Source: the human T2T-CHM13v2.0 reference genome, Homo sapiens | Reading direction: 5' to 3' (one strand) | DNA: 64,000 bases | Assembly (NCBI RefSeq): GCF_009914755.1 | Contig: NC_060943.1 | Part shown: positions 55,101 to 64,000 of the stretch, piece by piece | Numbering within the stretch: position 1 is the first letter of the stretch | Layout of the letters: each line of letters opens with the position of its first letter | Translations under genes and position numbers: made by a program | Notes under the pieces: model-generated | Database searches by the model: none | The model's input: the letters and a program-made list of their open reading frames with translations, nothing else | Told to the model about the DNA's origin: nothing

Positions 55101-56799
55101 GCATTTATTACAGAAGTGCAAAGGAACTGATTTATGCCAACCACCTGACTGAGCTTGGAGCCAGCTTCTTCCCCCATCTTCAGATAAAAACCCAGCCCAG
55201 ATGACACCTTGGTTTGATTTTGACCTTGAGATCCTATGCAGAACATTCAGCCAAACGCATTCAGATGCCTGACCTACAGAGCTATGAGCTAAAACATGAG
55301 TGTTGTTTCACACTGCTAAATTTGTAGTCATTTCTACATAGCAACAGAGAACAAATACAAATATTATAATACTATTTATAAAACTTAAAAATCTAAATAT
55401 TGAGTTCTTTAGGTATCCACATATAAGTGCATATTTCTAAAAATCAAGGAAATCACATACACAATTCTAGATGGAAATTTTTAGCGGGGTGGGAGTATTG
55501 GAATGATTAGGCAAATACACGATTGATGCAAAGATGGGACAGAAATGAAAGACTGTCATTAGCATATTATCAAACATTACCTTTATTAAGCAAAAAAAGC
55601 CAATGGTTAAATATGCATTTAAATGTTTAATTAGAAACTAAATTATTCGTTGTGCACATGTACCCTAGAACTTAAAGTATAATAAAAAATTTTTTTTTAA
55701 AATAGCCATTCTCCCTGGTATAAGAGGGTTAAAAAAAGAAACTAAATTTTTATATTTATTATATAATTATATAAATATTTATATATAAGTATAAACATAA
55801 ATATATATAAATTTATATTAAATTAAATAGAATTTAATTTTAAATTTAATTTAAAAGTTTAAATATGCGTTTAACCTGATCTGCTTTATGTATTTAAGAA
55901 AATGAAATATCCATACTATGCAGTTCAATTTAATAACATAGTACAAAAGATAAGTTTGGTATAGATGGTAAATTGTAGATGCTTTTACTATTACTGCCTG
56001 GTTTTTTATTTACAAGCATGTAACAATTTTTGTAATAAATAATTGTTGTAAGGAGATCTTTATTTAAAATCCTCAGAAGTTTTCAAATATGTACTCAAAG
56101 ATAAATTCATATAGGAAAACGAACTATATGAAAGCAGAAAAGGAAAAGTTAATTAGATAATTAAAATTGCCACAGAAAGGTATATATTTGAATAATAATA
56201 AAAGAACATTTCTCAATTATCTACTATAAACCAGGCACTTTGCTAGCATTTCAGGCACACCATTCCAATAATCTTCAAAAGAAATTTGCAAAGGAGATAC
56301 CATCATTTTTTCCTAACAGTAAAACTTACAGCATTTCAATACCTTGCCCAAAGTCATGCAGACAGTAAATAGCAAAATCGGCATAAAGAATCAGGACTAA
56401 AATGTTATTTCAAAGGATTCATCAAGAAATAAATTATGTTAGCCAGGCGTGGTTGAGCATGCCTTTAGTCCTAGTTACTCAGCAGGCCGAGACAGGAGGA
56501 TCACTTGAGCCCAGGAGGTTGAGGCTGCAGTAAGCTATGATCACCCCTCTGCACTCCAGCCTGGGTGACAGAGCAAGACTCTTTCTCTAATGATTAAACA
56601 TAATAATAATAAGAAGAAATTACACACACATACCCATACACATATACCAAGTATTTATGACACAATTTTAATAATTGCTGAATCTAGGTGATGGGTACAC
56701 AGGTGACCACCATGTTGCTATTCCTTCAGTGTACTTGAAAGGTTTCAGTATGAAATGTTGGGAAATATGGTTGGGTACTTAGTACAGCACCCAAATCCC

Positions 56800-57330
56800 T
56801 GGCATCTGAAGCAATGAAGTACCTCCTTCCCCAGCCCTTCCCATCACCGATAGCCATAATGGCCCCCAACTCCGCATCGCTTGCTCGCTTTTCCTGGTTC
56901 CCCAGACACCGACTTCCACTCGACGCTGAGGATGCTCCAATCCAGACCACAGAAGCCCTCAGTGGCTAACCCCCAGCTTCAGATTCCACTGACCATTCCC
57001 TGAAGCCTTCTTACACCGCAAACCTCCACAAGTACCCCATGCTGGTCGCATCCGGTCAAGGACCCCAACAGCGCTGGGAAACTCACCCTACAGCTGGAGT
57101 CGCACAAACATTCGCTTGAGGACTAGCAGGTTTCCGTAACCTCTTCACTCACTGCCGTAGTCACGCTCTTGTGCAGACTCAGTAGCACCTTCGCGGAACA
57201 CAAGATGTCTACAGACTTTGAAACCAGGCGTGCACATGGAAGCAGCAGTCTTGGAAGATGCTTCTTACAGATAGCGAGATGGCCATTTTCTGGCGACTAA
57301 ATTCCATCGTGCTAGAAAGGAAAGAGGCAA
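56800..57330 (-). promoter_or_regulatory. Decayed CpG-rich promoter/first-exon-like segment
   Basis: Local CpG enrichment in unique sequence. Minus-strand donor tagg|GTGAGT near 57086, YY1-like AAAATGGCC near 57281-57289, and degenerate ZNF143-like 'gactaaattccatcgtgc' near 57295. Confidence 0.4.
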
Positions 57331-58219
57331 TGCAGCTGATCTTCTACTGTCCTTTTCACCACTTCCCCAGCTGCTACCAGCAGCGTTGTGCATTCTCAGG
57401 AACAACATTCAGCGTTCTCACCTGTCTACTTCAAATCTAGCAACAGCCCTAAGCCAATCACAGACAAGACCTAAGCAGAAGATGGCTGCACCTATTTAGC
57501 CCCATAGGCCCTTAAAGCAGCAGGTAAGGCGCAGCCATATTTGAAAAAGTTTTGGGATCTGTTGATCAAAGACTAGGCAGTGGAGCAAGGAAGTGGGAGC
57601 AGGCAGAGGGTGGATTCTGGGAATGTGTTTGTCGAGAGAAGTCTTAGGAAACCAGAATTGGGTCTGGAGGAGCTCAGGTAGTAAGGGGGAAGCCACCTGG
57701 GTACATTTGGGTGTGGGATTGTGGAGAGAGACCTTGAGGGGTAAGAACTGGGCCAAACTGGTTGTGGAGCAGACACTGACAACCACAACCCATTCCAAGA
57801 GAATATTAGTTGTACTTCAGAAAGATCATGTGTATTCTGAACAGTCATGTGAAATAGATGTAAAAGTCATGAAGAAATTATTAGCAATCAAATCTAGCAT
57901 TATATGAAAAGAATGAACTTCAAGATCAGGTTCCCAGGAATACAAGGATGTTTTATCCCTTAAAAATAAATACATGTAATGTATGGTGCCAGCCATGATT
58001 AAGTAAGCCCCCTAGTTTATCACTCCCACTGGTTAGAGTTAAAACTTTTGAAAAAAAACTAATAAAAACTACTTGAGAACTTTTAAAATGAATAATTGCA
58101 AAGAGATTGGAGAATAAAGTATAGAGTTGAAAACCAAGCAATGCACAGAGTAAGTTCCCTCATTTTTTTTCTGTCTATATCTCCTGCCTTTGACCTAAGG
58201 GTAAGACAAATTAGGAAAT

Positions 58220-58576
58220 TGTTAGTCCAAACTGCACCATTTTGGAAGCCCCCCACCATTTCACAAAACCTGATCAAAGTGAAACATTCCACAGGGGGTT
58301 CGGGCTGTGAGAAACATCCTGCCTCTTATCATATTCTGCTGGGAGAAAGTGCAAGGAACACCACTTTCCGCGGGAATCGCCTCATCCTGGGAACATGTCC
58401 CCCCAGGCCCCTCTCACCCAGGCCTATAAATTGCCCCAGCCTATAAGCGGTGGGCACTGGCATTAGGCTGTTTCCTCACTTCTGCAGGTCTTATGCTGGA
58501 CATAAAGCCTGCATTTGCTGTAGAGCCACCACTCCATGTCTTTCTTTAACCCTTGCCTTCCCTTCAAAACCTAACA
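58220..58576 (+). mobile_element. LTR18-type solo LTR (ERVL)
   Basis: TGTTAGTCCAAACTGCACC...CCTAACA with 5-bp TSD GAAAT. Confidence 0.85.
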
Positions 58577-58811
58577 GAAATTTCGCTGCTGAGGTGAAGA
58601 GCAAGGACACTAAGAAAAACCAGCCTTCATGGCCAGAAAACAGAGAAAATGAATCCACATGAGCCAAAAAGTGTGTTGTGGGGATCTCTATTTTATTTTA
58701 TTTTTTCCGTTTTTCTAGTTTTTCTAGCATGGTCTTGCTAGTTCTACTGTTGAAACTGCACTGCCACAGTACTGGCAGTGACATGGACACCTAAAACTCA
58801 AGAAAAAAAAT

Positions 58812-59071
58812 CTATAGATAGAAAATATTAGGCCCGATGCGGTGGCTCATGCCTGTAATCTCAGCACTTTGGGGGGCCAAGGCGGGTGGATCACCTGGGG
58901 TCAGGAGTTTGAGGCCAGGCTGGCCAACATGGTGAAACCTCATCTGTACTAAAAATACAAAAATTAGCCAGGCATGGTGGCAGGCACCTGTAATCCCACC
59001 TACTTGGGAGGCTGAGGCAGGAGAATCAGTTGAATCTTTCTGATGCCAATCATAAGCTTGCCACATTAGTT
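58812..59071 (-). CDS. Truncated terminal ZNF exon fused to antisense Alu (no zinc fingers)
   Basis: Polypyrimidine tract plus tctctAG at 59073-59072. Starts [14 protein letters not shown] (resembles a KRAB-ZNF last-exon spacer start), then reads in frame through Alu to TAG at 58814-58812. Confidence 0.6.
58831..59035 (+). mobile_element. 3'-truncated AluS (source of the KRAB model's tail)
   Basis: Left arm plus part of the right arm, ending abruptly at 'ggagaatcagttgaa' with no A-tail. Confidence 0.9.
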
Positions 59072-59447
59072 CTAGAGAATAACAAACAAAAAACAATGAA
59101 TTCTACCATTATCATGAAATGGAGAGGGATGGAATCTCAAGTTCATATACAAGAAAAATTCAGAAAGTGATCTGCAGATACACAGTGTAAGTCTGAGACA
59201 TTCAATAAAAGAAATATATAATAGGCTTGAAGGACACAGGTGTCATCAAACTTGGAAAAGATTCTAGGAATATTTGAAAGCATACTAGAAGAGGTCTATA
59301 AATATTGGTAGGAGGTGAAGGGTGGTTGTATCTAATAGGCTGCAAAAGAAAAGTGACTAAGCAAAAAGGCAAGGGCCAAATAGGCAAGAATCTCAACCAG
59401 AGGGAGAAAGAGAGGCACATCTCCTATGAGTCATACATAGAAATATA

Positions 59448-59836
59448 GTGCTATGGTCTGATGTGTCCCCCAAAACTCATCTGCTAGAAAGTTAATCCTC
59501 AGTGCAGCAGTGACAGGGAAGTGGGGCCTAATGGGAGGTGTCTAGGTCATGAGGGCTCCACCTCATGAGCAAGTTAATGCCATGATAAAAAGGCCTTGTG
59601 GGAGTGGGTTTGCTACTTTTTGCTCTCCTGCCATATGAGAACCCAACATTCATCCTTACTTGCCGTTCTATTATCTGCCATGTGAGGATGCTGCAAAAAG
59701 GCCCTCAGCAGATACCAGATACTGGTACCCTGATCTTGGACTTCCCAGCCTGCAGAACTGTGAGAAATAAATTTCAATTATTTATAAATTACCCTGTCTC
59801 AAGTATTTTGTTATAGCAGCACAAGTGGACTATGAC
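59448..59836 (+). mobile_element. MST-type MaLR solo LTR
   Basis: tgctatggtctgatgtgtccccc...ttgttatagcagcacaa..gactatgaca. Confidence 0.8.
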
Positions 59837-60014
59837 AGATAGTAAGAGGAGGAGAAATTGTTCATATTGAAGACCTCTTTTCACTTATACTCTAAGTCAC
59901 CCTTAAAGGTTCACAGACCATGAGAAAATGTATTAAAATAACAAGGGTGCCAACCCATCAATGGCCAACTAGTACTTTGGTTCCACTAACTCCCATCGCA
60001 TTGGTTTCACTCAC

Positions 60015-60107
60015 CTGGACTGCACCAACTTGGGAATTCTCTCTCTACTATTCCTTGTTCTTCTTTCCCCAACTGGAATATTGCTTCTGGCTTGGTAGCT
60101 TGACAAC
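60015..60107 (-). CDS. KRAB-B box exon (93 nt)
   Basis: ttgacAG|GT TGT CAA GCT ACC AAG CCA GAA GCA ATA TTC CAG TTG...CCA G|GTgagt gives GCQATKPEAIFQLGKEEQGIVEREFPSWCSP, in phase with KRAB-A. Confidence 0.85.
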
Positions 60108-60278
60108 CTGTCAAGAGGTAATCACAGAGAATCTGAGCAGCATTAGAGCTTGTGAGAAAAAGTTCTGTTTCAGGAAATGCACAGTATACATCTCAGCAGA
60201 ACAGAAACCTTTCATTTGGAAAGTGAAATTACATATGGTCACTGTACGATTATAAAGTAAAAAAAGTTCTAAAAGTCA

Positions 60279-60509
<231 letters not shown>

Positions 60510-61951
60510 CTATAATAACATAATCCTTTTAAATTCTGGAGTTAATATAATAAAATTCAGTCTATAAGACTCGTAGGACATTATTCTCTTTATCTTTACC
60601 ACAAAGATTCACAAACGAAGATTTTCCTGTGCCTAGTTTTGGTTTGCACTTTGTGAGTGGAATACATTAAAAACTATCTTTTCTTTGTGCATTCTTCATT
60701 CACTTGTTTACTCTTTCATTCATTTGCCCGATGTAAAGTGTCTTTTAAACCTTTAAACTACCTAAAAACCATCTGTAACCCACCTTAGGAGCATTTAATG
60801 TAATTCATTATACATATTACAATAAAAACAATAAAGGTTAGTCCTTCCTTCAAGTGTTTCTGATCTTGCACAGAGTAGCAAATACAGTCCTATGCAGAAA
60901 GCCTATGTATTGCATGGTATTATGGATTAGCAAGGACTAAGACAGAAGTATGCTCAAGCTAATATGTGAGCACAATTAGGTAAGGCCATAATTGTTCTGA
61001 AGAGGTAGACAAGCTGGTAGCATGATTAGTAGTGCGTTCTAAAGGAAGAAGTGGAAGAAATGGGGGCTTCCTTGGAAGGGGGCAACATATGTATCTGTAT
61101 TAAATACCATTCTGCGTTCAAAGAAATGCAAATAGTTCATTAAGACAGGAGAAGCTGAAGAGAAGAAATGCCCATTTGAAAAGCAGGAACATGTCTTGGA
61201 GCAAAGGGTACACATTTCCTTAAGATACTCGATAGCCACTACACTTTTTTTTTTTTTTTTTTTTTTACATAAGTAAGTTACGGTCAGAATTGCATTTTGG
61301 AAATTGTGCTACAAATTAAATGATGATACTCATAAAGAAAAACAGACTTCTTACTATGTGCTATGTATCATTCTACAAATTTTACATATATTAACATAAT
61401 AATCTGCACAATAACCCTTGTTTAAGCACTATTATGTTCTTTTTATAAAGAAGAGATTTTAAGTTTCCTAGCTGTGCCTTTTATATCTCCCACATTTCCT
61501 TAAAGATTACTGTTCACTGGGTCCATATGCTGGCACACAAAAACTGAAGAGGAAGAGGAAGATCCATCAGAGACATTTCTTCACACTGGATGCCCAGGAA
61601 ATATTTACTGATATCAACGATTTTATGTGCTTTCTCCTTCTGGACAAAGTAAATCTTGTAACTTTTAAAAATTCTCTTGTGATGGTTGTCAGTACTGCCA
61701 CAAAAATGTTTGCAACTTAATTCTAGATCCTGCTACTTATATGGCAATTGTCTAATTATTAGCACCTTTCAGGACCCTACGACATGGAGATAGATCTCCC
61801 TTCCTAACTGGCTACTCTTGATCATTTATTCTGTCTCCTAGTCTAACCACATCCCTGCCAGCCAGAGTGTACTTATATTCATTTTTCTCTTTGATTACAT
61901 ATATGGTTATAAACTTCTAAAAATCTACTGGGAAGTAAATAAACACCTCAC

Positions 61952-62125
61952 TTGGAACTTTGTCATGTTCAAGAGCTTTCAGAAGATGGCCAGTACTTTT
62001 AGTATCTGTTTGTCCTGCAATTCTGATAATGTCTCATCAAGGGTATCCTCAACAAAGATGAATTTCTGGACATGAGATATACTTTTTTCCTTTACAGGAG
62101 CTGCCTCATTCTAAGAAGTCAGCAT
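61952..62125 (-). CDS. KRAB gene model exon carrying the start codon (coding 61966-61952, MTKFQ)
   Basis: Minus strand reads ...gaacATGACAAAGTTCCAA|GTgagg, typical of a KRAB-ZNF 'MxKxQ' start exon. Putative acceptor ttcatAG at 62127-62126. Confidence 0.6.
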
Positions 62126-62209
62126 CTATGAATTCAAACAAAAATGTGTTTTAAAGTAGAAATAATAAAGAGCAAGTCCGCGTAAATAAAAAGACTTTTC
62201 TTTTTAAAA

Positions 62210-63210
<1,001 letters not shown>

Positions 63211-63756
63211 TATTTTTTTTTTTTTGAGACAGAGTCTTGCTCTGTTGTCCAGGCTGGAGTGCAGTGGCACTGTCATGGCTGACTGCAGCCCCAACCTCCC
63301 AAGCTCAAGCAATCCTCCCACCTCAGCCTCCTGAGTAGTTGGGACTACATGTGTGTCCAGCTAATTAGTCCACCATGCCCAGCTAATTTTTTATTTCTAA
63401 AAACAAATAAATTTTTATTTGAGACCAGCCTGTATAACACAGTGAGTTCTTGTCTCTATAAGAAATAAAAGGTATACATTTGCATAATAATAGCTACCTT
63501 TTGTCAAGTATCTATTAATACGTATTTGCAGATGAGTCACTGGAAGGTAACTAGGGTTAGATGAGGTCATGAGGGTGGGCCTTCAATATGGAATTAGTGA
63601 CCTTAAAAGAAGAGATATTGGCTGGGTGCCATGGCTAATACCTGTAATGCCAACTCTTTGGGAGGCCGAGGCCGGTGGATCACTTGAGGCCAGGAGTTTG
63701 AGACCAGCCTGGCCAATATAGCAAAACCGTGTCTCTACTAAAAATACAGAAAATTA

Positions 63757-63936
<180 letters not shown>

Positions 63937-64000
63937 CTACTGCCATATGAAAACAGATGGCCATCTGCAAACCAGAAAAAGATCTCTCACCAAAACTCAT

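Noticed and set aside
55740-55870. Very AT-rich stretch
   Set aside because: Low complexity next to L1 debris with no definable structure.

Overview
Primate, most likely human, genomic DNA. I recognise it from memory as the FPR3 locus (19q13.41) between the FPR cluster and a KRAB-ZNF cluster. The only intact known CDS is FPR3 (40943-42004, +, 353 aa, single coding exon). The window is repeat-rich (Alu, L1, L2, DNA transposons, many solo LTRs) and carries a rearranged HERV-K(HML-6) provirus (21890-29133, -) inside the long FPR3 intron. Three structures are not explained by that annotation. (1) The FPR3 region appears to be a decayed tandem triplication of an FPR gene unit. It has two paralogous LTR-associated first exons (donors at 12526 and 35030) and a fossil C-terminus plus 3'UTR of an extra FPR paralogue (about 19475-21170). 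The distal exon 1 therefore looks borrowed from a dead sister gene. (2) A spliceable, in-frame, four-exon KRAB-only gene model lies on the minus strand (61966-58812, 164 aa). Its zinc-finger array was deleted and replaced by an antisense Alu tail. (3) The provirus has a PBS-like copy inside U5 of both LTRs, a nested solo LTR, and an RT segment pasted into RNase H. Repeat family names come from remembered consensus sequences and were not computed.
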